The position numbers were made by a program, and so were the translations under genes. From assembly GCA_039621445.1 (NCBI GenBank), contig CP154954.1, forward strand, positions 16,262,140-16,326,139: a DNA stretch of 64,000 nt, given 5' to 3'. How positions within the stretch are numbered: the first letter of the stretch is position 1; each line of letters starts with the position of its first letter. This DNA comes from Euglena gracilis. Its lineage: Eukaryota. This document shows positions 13,811 through 29,000 of this stretch, piece by piece. The notes under the pieces were generated by a model. It was not told the DNA's origin. It saw nothing but the letters and a program-made list of their open reading frames with translations, and did not search any database.

Positions 13811-16800
13811 CTTAAAAGTGGAAATGTTCTGAAAAGGTTCTGTCATTCCATGATCATTGTCTAAGAAAAGTTGGGGCAAGGTTTTTGAATGGCTACCAGT
13901 TCCAATGTGCGACAGAGAACGGTGGCTTGTAAATGTGTCTTTGTTTTGACCTCCGTATTTGGCTGTCTCTTCGCCCTAAACGGTTGGCATGCGCACTTGC
14001 GCACACCAACCATTGTGGAGGCAAAACTTTTGCAACTTGCGTGGTGAAGAAATTCTGGTTTCAGGTAATAAGGAATGTTCAGTTGAACAAGCTCTATGAC
14101 AGGAGAAAACTGGTCCATCTGCAGGTTTGTTTGTGTTGTCTCCAACCCACACAGCCCATCGTGTTCACGCCATCCGTTTGGAAGGTGCGTGGGAGGAACT
14201 GATGAATTGGAACCCCCGTGACTTTTGGACACTTTTCTTCAAAAACAACGAGTTCCAGAATTTCAAAATTGCACATGTGTAATCTTCCGGTTATTTCGGC
14301 AAGTATCATTTTTCTGTTTTCACCACGATGATGTCTCTCTTTTTTTTTCCATCAGAAAACAGGAATCACGCCAGTTTTTGTGCATAATATCTGTGTGTTG
14401 AGTTCCAGTACTTTCTCACACCCCATTAATCCGCAAAAATTCAATGTTCTCTGTCTCCAAAACAGTGGGATTTGTGGCCACATTTATGATGCTGCAATTT
14501 TCCATTGTTTCCGTGGAGCTGCAGCATGTCTGCCCCACCCCCCGTCTGCTGTCCCAGTTGTGGTGGATAACACGACCACCCCCGTGGCTCTGAAGGGTTG
14601 ATGACAGCCTTGTGGCTGCTGAAGCGCCATCACCTGTCCTCAGTTGGGCATCTGTTTCGGCAAGCTGGTAACCTGTAGGGAATGATTATCACGAGTGAAG
14701 AGTGAAACATATCTCTTTTTTTGAAAACTCGAGCTTTACACTTGGCTACTTGAGCCTCCCTGTCTGGTTGACTCCGCAGAGGCTCCTTCAGATAACCGGG
14801 AAGGCAGGTTGCATTTTTGTTTTGCAGGTACACAGGGTTCGCACCCCCCCCACCAGCCCAACACCCATTTTTGGTCATTTCTGGGATTTCTTTTGTGGGA
14901 CAAAGTCAGCCAAAACACACATAGAAAACCACGTTTCCACCACGGCACGCAACGCTGAAGGAAAATATTTTATTGTCGGGGGGACCCCCCAGACCACCGG
15001 CACGATCATGTGCACCTGCGCACGTAGGGACACCCCACCTTCACGCGCACACTTGCGCACAATTTGAACCCACAATCGCACGCATATGCAGACGCTTGGA
15101 GGGTAAGTTTGGGCGGCGTGTGAATCAGCGCTGGGACACCCAGAACGGTCGGCGACACTCGCCACTAACCCCCAGTGGCTGCAGGACCACGAGTCGGCCG
15201 CCGAAAAACTACGGAACACACAGCAGGTGACAGGAACACACCCCCTTCGCCGCCCGTGTTGGAAATCCCGAGCCAGATGGACCCACACCCAGCACCGAAC
15301 CGCGCGAACCTGCGCCTGTGGACACACACACTTCGTGCCCACTTGAGCACGACTGAGGGCAGGTTGAGGGACCCTGTGACCCGGGCTGAAAACCCAGGCA
15401 GAGACGTGATGCTTCACGCAAGTGTCGTGCGTATGTCCGCACGTTAGTCACCCCCCAGCTCTTCGTCTGCGCGGCCCTATTTTGAAGCCCCTGCCAGCAA
15501 GCACGTCGCAGGGAGGCAGCCACTGTCCAGGCACAGCACCGGGCGGCTGAGGCCTTGAAGGTGGTCATGGAAGAGGGGTCTTTGGTGGCCGGGGTCGCGC
15601 GCATGTGCGCCTAATTGGGGGTCTTTGAGGAAAGAATCGCATGGGGGGTGGTGGGTCCTTGAGAGTGGGTGGGCGGTGGGGCGGGGGTTGGGCTGCTGGA
15701 CCAACCGGGCGTTGATAGTGCTGTATTTTCTTCAGAAGTGGCTCTGGATGGGTGTTCGTAAAGACACATAATCACTGGGGGGGGGGGCCCCGCTCCCCGT
15801 TCCTTGGGGCCTCCTGTTGTGGGATTTGTGTGCGTGCGTGTTGATGGATGACGTCGCTGATCGTCATTCTTTCGGCCAGGGCTCCCTCACCTGCTTGGTC
15901 CCCCCACCAGACGCACAACGCGACGATGAAGCCCACACGCATCGCTTCGTCATGTACCGCATTGCGCGTGCACGACGGACGTCAACTTGCCACGAAGAGG
16001 CAAGAACGGGCAAGAGGCCTCTGTCTGCACTGGCAACCGTTGGGGGTTCTTGGGTACGCAATCCACAGGACCCCCCAAAGATGCGAAGTCACAGGTTGGA
16101 CTAAGATTGGTCATTCTTGGCATCCCTTTGTGGGTCTCTAGAAAATTTTCTGTGACTGAGAACTACATCTGAATGGTGGCGTCACGTACAGCATTGCCAA
16201 CCGTTGCCAGACAAGAACAGGCTCAGATGAAATAGTTATAGTTTTCCTTGGTATATGAAGCGGGGTTGAGGGAGGACAGCGAAGACCCGCTTTGGCTTAG
16301 ACGGGGGCAGCCACCGCAAACGCAAAGACCCCCTGCTCGTTGGATTGGAAACCAAGCAAGAACCCTTCAAAAAATCACTGAACCAGGCTTAAAATTCCCT
16401 TGAGTGCGATTATGCGTCGTTTTTTATTTTGGGTCAAAAACCGTGAATTTTCTCTTGCAAAAAAAAAACCGCAGTTGGTGTCAGCTCCTACCCCCACCCT
16501 CCCCATCTTCCAGGGCGGGGGAGGGTTCAACAAGGCGTTCCCGTACAGCCCTGCCTCCGCGTTTTGGTACAAATTGCCAGTTTTCACCCACTCATCGCAT
16601 CGGAAGCCACTCAATTTCGAAAGCCACTCAATCGATTTTGGAAAAGGGGGTTGGTCACCAGGGGTTTTCGGACCATCCGGGGGGGGGGATCATGCGGGCC
16701 GGCTGTAAAAAGGTGCTGGTTGGACACCACCCCATCCAACCCAAATGGGAGGGGGGGGGGTGGGGGGGGGGGTGAGGGGGGGCAGACGCGAGCAGTGCTC

Positions 16801-19198
16801 CCACTTGGGATCAGGCCCCGGAGGGTTCCCAAAAATTCCCTCAAAAAAAGCCCAAATCCAGCTGGGTTGGCTTTTCGGATTTTGGTTTTTCAGCCAAAAT
16901 TTGGAGGTGAAAACCCAAAGACCATCCAAAATACCATTTTTGGCCATTTTTGACCCCTTTTTCAAAAATTTTCGGTGCTTTTCGCTGAAAAAAATTTCGG
17001 TCCAGACCGGCTTCGCCAGGAAGAACCCAACTGTATTTCAGCCGACCCCAGGGGGGGAGTCCGCAGCCCAGCTGGGAGGTGCTGGCTGGAAACAGGATGC
17101 TGGCTGGCTGGACCCCGGGGGGGGGGGGGTAGGACCCCCTCCGACTTAAGAAAACCCCGGTCCCTTGCAACAATGGCTCTAAATCGATGAATTTGGCACA
17201 TTTTTCAAATCCGATTCCTTTGGCGCCAGGCAGCAATTATCAGTCGTTCTGGCCGACCTCACCCCCCCCCATGGGGGAGAGAGCCAAAAAACACTGCGAA
17301 ACCAATCAATTACCCCGGTGGTGGGTCAGGAACATACTTAACAAAAATATGGTCAATGGGGGTATTTTCTGGGTGTATGAAGCGGAACTTTGGTGTAGCA
17401 GGGCTCAAAAAATCATTTAGGAAAAAACCACACAAAGAAAGAGTTTAAAAATGCAAAATTAACAAAAATGAAACCCTTCCACAGAAAAACAGCCCATGCA
17501 TGTGTTGGTGTTAAGTTTCATCCTTCGATGGCGTACAGTGGCAATTGTATGATAATATGTTTGTCACCACGGGGGGGGGGGTGTAAACCACATGGTGGTG
17601 CATTCTGCTTTCTCCCTATGAAGGCATATCCTTCAACCTCACCATTTTTTGCAGTTTCTGGGGTCGAGGTGCAAAGGAAGAAAGAAATCGCCTAGAAGCC
17701 AGAAAAAAACATCTGTCAGACATAGAAACGTTCGGTCTGCATTCCACGCTGTCTGTCATTTGCAGGCGTCGCCTATGGACCGTTCTGTCGGTTTCCCCAC
17801 TCACTGAACCAAGGTGGGGCCCCAATTTTTGTTGTGGTCTTGGTGCGAAAGCTCTTGGAAGCTCTGCAAGTCTTCCGAATCGTGCGTCGCGTTCCCTCTG
17901 CTTGCGACCCAGCTCGGGCTTGCATCCGTCCGTGTGGGCCCCCACCTGATTGGTCCACCCCGAAGGGTTCATGGCAGGCAAATGACTGGTCTTTTTGCTC
18001 ACTTTCCTGTGGTTGGTTCCCAGGGGGGGGGGATTCCCCAAGAAGGAAGGAAGGAAAGAAGGAAGAGTGGACAAAATGGCCGAAAGTAACCGTGACTTTC
18101 GTGACCAAAATTGACCAAATGCGCTCAAAAGCAGTCAAAAGCAGCCAAAAGTTTGCAACGTTGCCAAACGTTGCCTAAAAGCGGCCAAAAGTTGCCAAAA
18201 GTTGGCAAAAGCGGCCAAAAGCAACAACAGCAGCTAAAATAGCATAAAAGTTGCCAAAGAGCAACTAGAAGCAGCCAAAGAATGCTTAAACTGGCCAGAA
18301 GTCACAAAAAAATTAGCCAAATATAAGCGAAAGCGACCAAAAATGGCCCAAGGCCCCTAATAGCCTCCCAAAAGCAGCCAAAACAGCCAAAACTGGCAGA
18401 AGTGTCTTAAAAGTGCAGTATGTGGTCGGGTACATGCTCATTTTTTATTGACTCCCCCTCAAATGCCCGACTACCTGCCGGCCAGGGCCGAGCCGGGCTG
18501 ACTAGAGCACCAAAGTGGGAAGTGGCCGTAGGTGCTGGAGGGGGAAAATGTCTGACCTGGACATTTGCTGTTGGGAAATATACAGCCAGGAAAAATATTG
18601 GACAAATGCTTAAATGTAGGTGGAAAAAAATTCTGGACGAAAACGTCTCTTGAACCCATTTTTCTAAATTAAGCAAAGAACACTTTTTTTTTTTGGATGA
18701 TCAATGCACTTTCTAACAGGTGATTTGGAACAAAAATGCATTCCAAGAATTGGTGCAAAGCACCGAAGAAATCCCTTGGGCGTCCACTGGAGTTAATTGT
18801 ATTTTTCTTAAATTTGCCAAGAAAAATCCTTGATGGATCTTTAAAATGGCAGGGAAAATCAAAATTTCGTCCAAAATGTTTCCCACAACAATTTCTCCTG
18901 TCAAGTCCCCCCCCCAGGTGGAGGCCTTTGTTTTAAGCACTCCCTTTTCTCTACAAATTTAACGTTTCCTGCGTTTCCTATATGAATATCAAATTGAATA
19001 ATGGACCCCAAAGGTGAAGGAGAATAACGACTTTCGGCGCGACGTGGAGGATTCCAGTCAGTCCTCTTTGTCCAAGCACCACTCCCTGGTTCTGCCCACA
19101 TTATGTGTTTATTGGAAATAAGCACCCTGCACCATGGTCTTCCACAAGGAAGGCGTCACATTTTGGCTTTCAGTGGGGTGTCCTCCCTCCCTTCATGC

Positions 19199-19598
<400 letters not shown>

Positions 19599-22171
19599 TC
19601 TGGACCCCTCTCTCCTGCCAAGGGAACAAGGAACCCCCAAAACGTCCACTTTTCTTTTCTTACGGCACTTTGCACCAATTTTTTTTGAAAATTTGTCAAA
19701 TTTTTGCTATTGGAAGTGCCACAAGTCCCGGCCGACCTCATCCCAGTTCCCCATCAGCGCAGCTCATCCCGCTGTGCTTCTGCCCATCTGCGTGGAAGGG
19801 CCCTGGACTTTGCACTCAGTGTGTGTTTTTTGACTGAATAGTTCAAGGGGAAAACACCGGCAACATCGTCCTCACATTGCGTTTCTTGGTGCATTCCTGC
19901 GCCATTTGTGATATGGTGCCCCAAAAACCCCCTCCCCTCCTTGTCCCCAACACAGTAGGTCGTTGACCCCCCCCCCGGTCCAGATCTGTGCCATGTCTTG
20001 GCCAGGGGGTATACCACCCTCTGGTCTCTTGGGTCATCGGGGTCGATGCAGCTGGGGCTGATGGGACATTTTCCCCATTTTGTGCAAGGCGTATCGGGGG
20101 TCGCCAGAAATGACCGAAAGTGACACACGACTCCGAAGGAGCCGGAAGAAAATTCCCTCAAAAAATACACCCCCTCCGAAGCTTACCCGGGGGAATTTAT
20201 GTCGGAGTGAGGATACAACAATCTTAAACGGTCTTTTATCATGGCATCCCCACCGCATCCCCCTTCCAATTTTCAGGTTTTCTTTCAAGGATTCCTCCAG
20301 AATGGTACTGTTCTCCGATGTTCTCTTTTTCACATGTTCTTGACCCAAAAAAAAACCAATCTGTGGACCAATCACCCCTGGTTGGGGGGGATTGGAGCCC
20401 AATAAGCAACGGTATGAACGGGTGACATCAAACAAACGGAGTGGGGTTTCGATGCAGTGATTGGATGGTTATTTTGAACCGACCAAGCCTTTTTCTTTGG
20501 AGCCGCATGAAAGCCCTTTGGACCTGTTGGGAAAACAGAGCCAGGGATGGTGTTGCAGCCAGGCTGCTGTTCATTTTTGAACATACCCTGGATTGCTCTG
20601 CACGCCCCTTCACCAGCTGCCCCCAACCCCAGGACCGCCAAGTTGGGGTTTTCTTTAAATAAATAAAAAAGACCCATGAGGGGGGGGGGTCGTGTGGGTT
20701 GGCTGAAATAAGGTGCTGGCTTAACCCCACCCATAGGGGTGGGGTGTCCGGGGGTAAGGGTCCTGTCCAGAGATTTCTTTTAAAACCGCGGGAGAGGGGG
20801 GTCCCCCACCCACCCAGGGGGTACCCCCAACCCCCTAACTCCCCCCCCAGGGGAGGGGGGTCCGGGAGACCCACTTTTGGGGGTCAATTTGGGGGTCAAG
20901 AAGTCAAGAAGAAAACTCGGCTCTTCGCGCCGAAAAAGCCAAAACCCACGGGGACCCACAGCGCCCTTGCGGGTACCTGGGGGGGGGGGTCGGCGGGCTC
21001 ACCGACCCCCCCCCGGAGGGTCCAAAGCTTAAAAATCCCTGGCCTTGCCAACTTGCAGCTGGACCTGGCTTTGACGGCAATCAGCCATTTCATGTGCGTT
21101 CCGTGTCCTGTGGTCTTGCCGGTGAAAATGGGTTTTTTGGAAAAATAGTTGGTGGGTGGCCTGGGCCTGGGTAAAAGTGCCCCCCCCCCCCTCGAGAGGT
21201 CACTGAGTGAATCTACGCCTGCACCCTTCATGCCTTGTTTTTCCGCACTGGTTGGATGGGGAGTCTTGTCTTTGCCCATCCGCAACCCACGTCAACCACC
21301 AGCTTCCCCCTCTCGCATATGTTTTAAAGTGACTGCAAGAAGGATGTTTTCTTTCAAATGCAGGGTACCCCCCCCCTAGTCGTATGACCGGGTTCCTGCA
21401 ACCTGTGACCGGGGGGGGGGGGGGGTCATAACACCCCCATAACCTGCAACCTGTGACCGGGGGGTGGTCAAAATGAGGGGGCGGTCGTAGGTAAGGTGGT
21501 GTTAAATTTTTCGCAACCTGCAACCTGTGACCGGGGGGGGGGGTCATAACACCCCCATGACCTGCAACCTGTGACCGGGGGGGTGGTCATAAATGAGGGG
21601 TGGTCATAAGACTAGGGGGGGGGGGGTAACAGAACAATCTTCAACATATTTCATTGAAATCAAGATTTCAAAGACTCCATTGAAAAATAAGCAAAAAAGG
21701 GACGAGATTTCGCTGTCTCTCTGGGGTGGGGTCAAAATCGATCGGATGTGCGTCCGGCTGAACTGCAAGGTGCCACCCGATTCAGGGTGCCACCCACCTG
21801 ATTGATTTTTGTCGCCAAATGCACAGCAGCATGGAGCAAATTTGAAATAGATTGACAGCCTCGACAGAAACCAGACAAACAAAGCCCAAAAGACAGCTGG
21901 CTTGGAGCCTTTCAGCCGAGGATTTGGAAATGAAAAACCAAAACCGCCCTCGAAAATGCCGTTTTTTTCTGGGCCATTTTTGATCCTTCTTTTTCTGAAA
22001 TTTTCAATGCTTTTGCATCGAAAAAATTTTCTGTCCAGCCGGGCTGCCCCAACCAGGTTTTTTTTTAACGGAAGTGCAGCCCCCTTGGGGGTAGGTGCTA
22101 TGGGCAGGCGTGGGTGGGCTGGGGGGGGGGGTAGGGTTTTGGGGTGGGTCGTGCTACAGCACACCCCCGGC

Positions 22172-22570
22172 CAGGGTTCGATATAAGGAGGGCGTACATG
22201 GTTTAGGTGGGGGGGTGTCCCCCCCACCCCCCCCCTCCTCGCCCGCAGGGGGGGGGGGCCGGACCCCCCCCCACCTGCAAGGGGGGTCCGGACCGACCCT
22301 CGGGGGGTACCCGGGACCCCCCAAAAAAGGGTCAATTTTTTCCTCCGGCGCTTTGCGCCGAAAATTTTTTGCATTTTTGGCCAACTTTTGGTCGTTTTGG
22401 GGGGTCAAAATTTTTCGGCCCGGCGCAAAGCGCCGGGCCGAAAATTGGTCACCCTGACCGTGCCACTGTTTAGGTGGGGGGGGGGGTGTCGCCCCCCACC
22501 CCCCCCCCCTCCTGGCCCGCAGGGGGGGTCCGGACCACCCCCCCCCCTCCTCTCCTTATATCGAACCCTG
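22172..22570. mobile_element. hAT-type MITE (copy B of 6043-6439)
   Basis: Same TIR CAGGGTTCGATATAAGGAG and TSD CCCCCGGC. Confidence 0.9.
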
Positions 22571-23699
22571 CCCCCGGCGCCAAAGGCGCCAGGGGCCCGA
22601 AAATGGGAATTTTCAAAGGAAATTTGGCTGGGTCGGCGCAGGTACCGTGTGCCTGCTATGGGCAGGCACCCCATACCACAAGGCAACCCCCTCCCCTCCC
22701 CCTGGGGTTGGTAAAAAGAAGCCTGGCCCCGACCCAGGTGGGGGGTTGGCTGCCCGGCATTCAAGGCACCCAGATCCGACCCGGGGGGGGGGGGGGGGTC
22801 ATGCCAAACTGGCACTTGTCCACGGCACGCTGGCGCCGAAGGCTGCGGAAGGTCAGGAAAAGCCCATCACACAGGTGTTAAGTCAATCGATGGTGCAGAA
22901 AGCACTTTTGCTGGCTTAGCCTGGGCGCCCTGTTGAAGCGCGCCAGGCTGAGCAACGTAAGGCTAAACTGCCACAAGCAGACATTTGCTTATGGACCCCG
23001 GGGGGGGGGGGTACTGGCTAGCCAATCGGCCAGACACTGGAAAAAATGGACTGCTAGAACCCGAGGGCGGGGGGGGTGTGTCCGGGGGTACCCCCAACTG
23101 GAAAAAGATTTTTCCTCCGGCGCTGCGCGCCGAGGTGGAAATGAGGTTTTTAATAAGTTTTTGGCTGATTCTGTTCCAAAAATTCCCAAAAATGGCCAAA
23201 ACCGGGCATTTTTGGCCATTTGGAGGGGGGGGGGGTTCCAAAGAAATTTTCCGGCGCTTCGCGCCGGTCACTGAAAAAAAAATTTCCACTAGCTAACCCT
23301 GCTAGCAGACCCCCCCCCCAGGGGGGGTCTGCTAGGAATGCCACTAGCCAAATTTGGACTCGCTGCAGTCCAGCCTCCCCCCCGGGGGGGGGGGTACTGC
23401 AATCCCTTAAGCAGAAGCCTGGACACAAGCCATCGCATTTCCAGCATGGAACGACCCAGGAAAATGGAGGCCGGGGAGGGGGGAAAAGGCCTCTCAACGT
23501 TTCTGCCGTGTCAAACTTTGCATCAATGCGGGAAGATGCAAGTTGCATCTGTAAGTATCCTGAGATCCTGCCAGAGTGAATATCCAACTGATATTTTGGG
23601 CCACATATCAGTGCGGGCTGTGGTGCCTTGTGCTGGCTATTCCCAGAGGGTTTTGCAGAAGTGGGCGGTGGCACAGCGGCACCACGCCACCTGACAACC

Positions 23700-23801
<102 letters not shown>

Positions 23802-25989
23802 CGAGCGCACGCGCGCACACACACACAGGCATGTGCAGGCAAGAACGGTATAGATGGGGCTTGCCCAGTAGGGCTGCAACGATCCAGCCGCTGCCCCAAC
23901 CCTGGGATTAACCACTTATTTTCTTTATTTGCGGTACATTTATTTATGTTGGAAGCTCAGCTCATGAAAACGACAGACCCTAACTAAGCCTTCGCTTGAG
24001 AACCTCCGGGCCTCGACCTCCGAGGGTGCGGACTAAAATTCACTTGCTTGAAAGACAGCAGCTTCAACACAGGGCTGAGGGCAGGAGCAACCCGGGGCTG
24101 AACTGGGCACCAAAAAAAGCGAAAATTGCAAAAAATGTATAAAAAAATGTAGAAAAATGTGGATAATGGCTCAAAACTCGCATCTATGTTGAAAAATGAC
24201 CATATTTGTGAAATTTTGCTGGTTCCCTTCCAGCAAAAAGGTCCAAAAGCAGGATTTTTGTAAATTTGGGAAGATGCTGATTCTGGGAATATGGAATTTT
24301 TTGAGTGAAAAAAAGGCAAAAAAATGACGAAAACTTTGGTATCAGGTATAATCTGGTCCGGGATGCTAAATTTTTCTTGGTCAAATTATTTCTCAACAGA
24401 AATTGGAGAAAAGCCTTTTTTTTAAAAAAAAATTGCCAAATTTTGTCAAAAATTTGTGAATTTTGGCAAATTTTGGCAAATTTGCAACAAAATAACAAAA
24501 AATCACTTCCCTTGTAAACGCTCAATGAATGTCCGGAACTCATTTTGCCTTCCATGCGGAAAAAATGCGGAAAGGGAAAAAAAACTGCAGAAAAAATTGC
24601 GGAAATCGCGGAAAAATTGCGGATATCAGTTTCCCACCCTGAGTGCTACTACCCCCCCCCCCTTGCCCACCGGGGGGGAGGGGTGTCAGTGGGCTGGTTT
24701 GGAGTGCGGCCACGGTAAGCGCCAGCCATCCCCATTGACTGCCGCCCAGATGGGGGACTGGCACAGATTCATTGAACCTCTGCGTGACCCAATGGGGTAG
24801 GGGTCAGAGGGTATTTTTAGGACCCGGGGGGGGGGGGGTCCGGACCCCCACCCACCCCCTGGGAGGAGGGGTCTTGGGGGAACCCTTTTGGGGTCAATTT
24901 TGGGTCCAAAAGAATTTTCGGCGCTTTGCGCCGAAAATGGAGTGAAAACCCTCCTCTGGCGGGGTACCCACTTGTCCCAACCCCAACCCCCAGGGGAGGG
25001 TGAGGGGCTCGGCCTGGACCTGCTCACCCCACTGGGTCACCAAACTATGAAAAAAAAGTCTCTGTTGGTGGGTTTTGAGTCGGTGTTTGACATAAAAACA
25101 TGCAGGGGGGGGATCTGACCGGGAACAAATGGTATGGGGGTGGGGGACCTGGAGGGGGTTTGCCGGTTGGTTCAAGAAAAAGGTGCTGGCTTGGAAGAGA
25201 AAAAAGGGGCTGGCTGGACCTTCTGCCGAGGGGCATCTGGGGGGACAGGTCCGAAGCTGATCTGGAGCCCGAAAGTGGCAAAAAAAAGTCCAAACCCACC
25301 TAGGTTGGGATTTTTCCGCCGGACAGCCCCAGAAAAAAAAAATTCCAATTTTAAAACCATTTTGACCCTTCTTTTGGGGCTTTGTGCTGACGACTTTTGC
25401 GGGCCAGCCCGGCTTTGCCCGGTTGGCCCCAACGTTCCTTCGGCAGACCCCAGCAGGCGGGGTCCACAACCCAGCTGGCGAAGAGGGGGGAAGATGCCGG
25501 CTGGCTTGACCGCCCGGGGGGGGGTCTTTCCGGCTTAAAAAAACCACCGGCTTTATATTTAACAAACCTGCGGGGGGGGGGGGGGGGGGGGGGCTTGTGG
25601 AAGGGGGGGCCTGCTCACGGCTCCCTGTAGGGTATCAGTTTTGAGTCTCGGCCAGGTCCGACCCAGGTAACTTTATCCTAAAATGGCAAACCTCAGCCAG
25701 GCATCGTTTTGAGATGCCTTTAAAACCTTTTAAAAAAAAAACCTCAAAAGTTCAAAAAAAAACTTTGGGTCAAAATGCCTTTAATACCTTCAAAGAAAAA
25801 CTTTGCAAATCATTGCGGCAAAATTTTTGTCGACTGAGCGAAAATGCAGTTGCCAAATCTCCGCAACAGCAAGCCAATTGCCACTGAGGGGAAAAAAAGT
25901 ATTTCTGGCATCGTTTGGAACATGCTTGTGCTTACCGACCGGGGGGGGGAGGGGGGGGGGGGGCTATACGGTGCCTGCCCCTAGCAGGC

Positions 25990-26036
<47 letters not shown>

Positions 26037-29000
26037 TTTGGTCTCTTGGTCCTTCGTGTCCTGTTCGGTCCGGACCCAGAAAATTTTCTTGAAATTTCTT
26101 TGGCTTTTCCGGGCCCCCGGCGCCTTCGGGCCGGGGTCGGAGGGGGGTCGGATCCCCAAAACCTACCCCCCCCCCCCACCGGGGGGTGGGTCGGATCGTG
26201 TGCTATGGGGTGTCCTGCCCTAGCACCCCCCCCCCCCGTGGGGTAGGCACCCGACTAAGTAACGCCTAGATTTGGAACATTGCCAACGCCGGGGAGGGGC
26301 GGCCATCCCCCGAGGGATCCAATCCACCCCCAAAATGATCCATCACTATTTTCGCCCTATTTTTGATCCTTCCGACCCCCGTTGATTCTCGGATGGGCCC
26401 TTGGACCGCCCTCAGGAAACTGAATCTTAGGACATCTTAAAACGGCCTTCCAAACCCCTGAGAAAGTCCTTTACAAACCTTTAATATTTATTTTTTTTGG
26501 TTAGTGGGATTTGGGCAGTAAAATGGGTGGTGGGAAAAAGTTGGCATGTTTTCTTAAAAAAAATGTTCGGGAAACATTTGGGACTCTCTCTATGAATTCC
26601 AACCAAAATTGAATTGGTTCTGAAGCCCCCAAATTTGTAACTTAAACAAAAACGAAAAACTATAAAAAGATCTCTGCCGATGAGATGATGAGATGCTCGA
26701 CCTCTGCAGTGTCCAAGTGGTGTTCTTTTCTGCAGCCGCACCGCCAGACCAAAAAGACGCACCGCCGGCTTTCTGGTCCGCACCGAAATGTCCACACCGG
26801 AAGGTGAAGACCATTTGGTGAGGCAGTCACCAGAAACAGACACATTACAAATTACAGGCACTTTACCCAAATTTTTGTCACCCGTAATTGTTGTCCGCCT
26901 TGTGAGGCCAGGGACGCCTGACCTGTTTCTCCTTTTTGGAGCATGCAATGCTTCCAGCTCAATGATAAAATTGCACAAACGTTAGCACGTATTGACTCTT
27001 GCTCTCAGAAAATCTGGGGACTTCTAGGCCCCAAGCAACCCTTTCAGCCCCAAGCAGTCCTGCGCAGGAGGCAGGGGGCTGAGGGCTGCGAAGTGCCTGC
27101 AAGGCAGGAACCCCGCACCGCTTGAACCAAACTAGGGGTTACTGGGCTTTGGCTGCGGAGGACACACTCAGAGAGTTGGGCAGGGAGGTGCTTGAGCAGG
27201 TTGTTGGGGAGGGGGGTTTCGCACAGGGGTGCTGGCAATGTGCACTGGCCAAAGAATCCGGAAGCCACTGGATGTATGTGTGCTGTGTCTTTTGCTGTCA
27301 CAATAAAGCTGGACAAGAAATGCGCGGCGGCACATTAGTGCTTCGTGTGCCGCACATCGTTGCCAGGAGGCTGAATTTGACCAACCCCGGGTGGGGAAGG
27401 GGGTATCGGAGTTCCGGGTGTGTTTCCATGCAGGCGATACCCCCAGGGGTCATACCTACCTCAGAAATCTGCCCAGAACAGGTCCCTTTGGGGACCCCAG
27501 AAGGGTTTGCACCTTTGCACCGGTGGTGGGGGTCAATCCCCACCACCCATGGGGTTTCGGGCATTCCCAAACTGCCTCCCCCCCCCCAGGGGGCTTGGAC
27601 TCATCTCGCGGGGGAGTGAAAAAAATTTTCGATCGAAAAGGCACTCAAACCCCCACTTTTCATCATTTCGACTTTTTCTTGAAAATAATCTTTTAGGGTC
27701 ATTTTTCCGGGTTTGTCTCAGAAAGAAAATTTCGAAACCCCAATCGCCCAACAATGTCGGCCAATTTCTTAAAGTAAGTACCAGTACTTTGCATCGGAAA
27801 CTTTCGGCTCAACCCATACCCAGGCCCTCCAGCACGAGAGCCACTCTTGTGCATGAAAAGACACAGAGGGCAAAACGTCCAAAATGACGAAAGCCATTTA
27901 TTTATACCACATCATCATACCATGGACCCGGAAGTATTTCCCTTGAACCTGGGATTCTGGGTCTGAGTTGCAGGAGACAGCTCCGCATTTGTGCAGAAAA
28001 AAAATGCGCGGATCATCATGTTCGGGTTGCGCAAGCCAGTGGGGTGAACCAACCCCAGACAGAAAAAACATCACACATGGGGGGGGTCCGAGTCTGGAAG
28101 TGAAGCCGTCACCCCAAAACAAAAGATCAGTCAGCCACCTCCCTCTCTGGGTGGTCTCGGTGTGAAGGAAAACAGCAAAACTCTGGGGTGGAGCCAGGCG
28201 GACCGCCGAGCCAAGCCTCAGCAGGTAGCCTTGGACGACACGGCAGAAGGGGCAAACAGACAGGACGGAAAGGCTTGGAGAGGAGGTCGTCCAAACACCC
28301 ACACCTTGGATCCTAGTGGCGGGATGAAAACTCTATGCCCATTATGGTGCATCCGGGGAGTCCATGTGTTCCCTGTGGCCCACTTTCGAGCGAAAGCCAG
28401 GGGGATTCTTAGGATTAGGGTCACGGCCCCGGATCCCGAGAGCCTCGCCAGGGGGATTTCTTAGGATTAGGGTCACGGCCGGACTCCCGAGAGCTCCCTT
28501 TTTTTTGGAATTTGGCCCTGTTCCGGAAGAAGTTAGGCCGAAGATGGTCAGGAAAATTTAGACAAAAAAGGTCTAGCAGGCTTTCTGGGCGGCGGATCTC
28601 GCACTTCAGCTTTTTTTTTCTTTGTTGATGTGGGCAAATGCTCGCCTCGACATTTTCTTATGTAAGTCCTAAACCGGCTGACCGCACCTGGAGATATGTT
28701 TGTTACGAGTTTTGCAACACCCATCAGGAAACACAAAGGTTTCAAACCAATTTTATTATCCTAACGAGCGGTGTAATTACATCCTGAGCGACAGCTTGTG
28801 TTTCTGTCTGTCAAACAGGTTGGATGTACACGCTGGTTGTTGCGCCCAGAGGTATTGGTGTGTACGTGCCGCCTGTTCTTGCTGTGTGTTGCATCCGAGT
28901 TTTGTGCCGAGCGATGCCACCATTTTGAACTTCTAGAAAAAAAGGCAGGTGGTATGTTTCTTGTGGTAATAAAAATAATTTAGATACCTAACTTCAGATG

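Noticed and set aside
16230-16370. Possible structured RNA or tRNA
   Set aside because: No cloverleaf, box A/B or recognisable ribozyme core found by eye.
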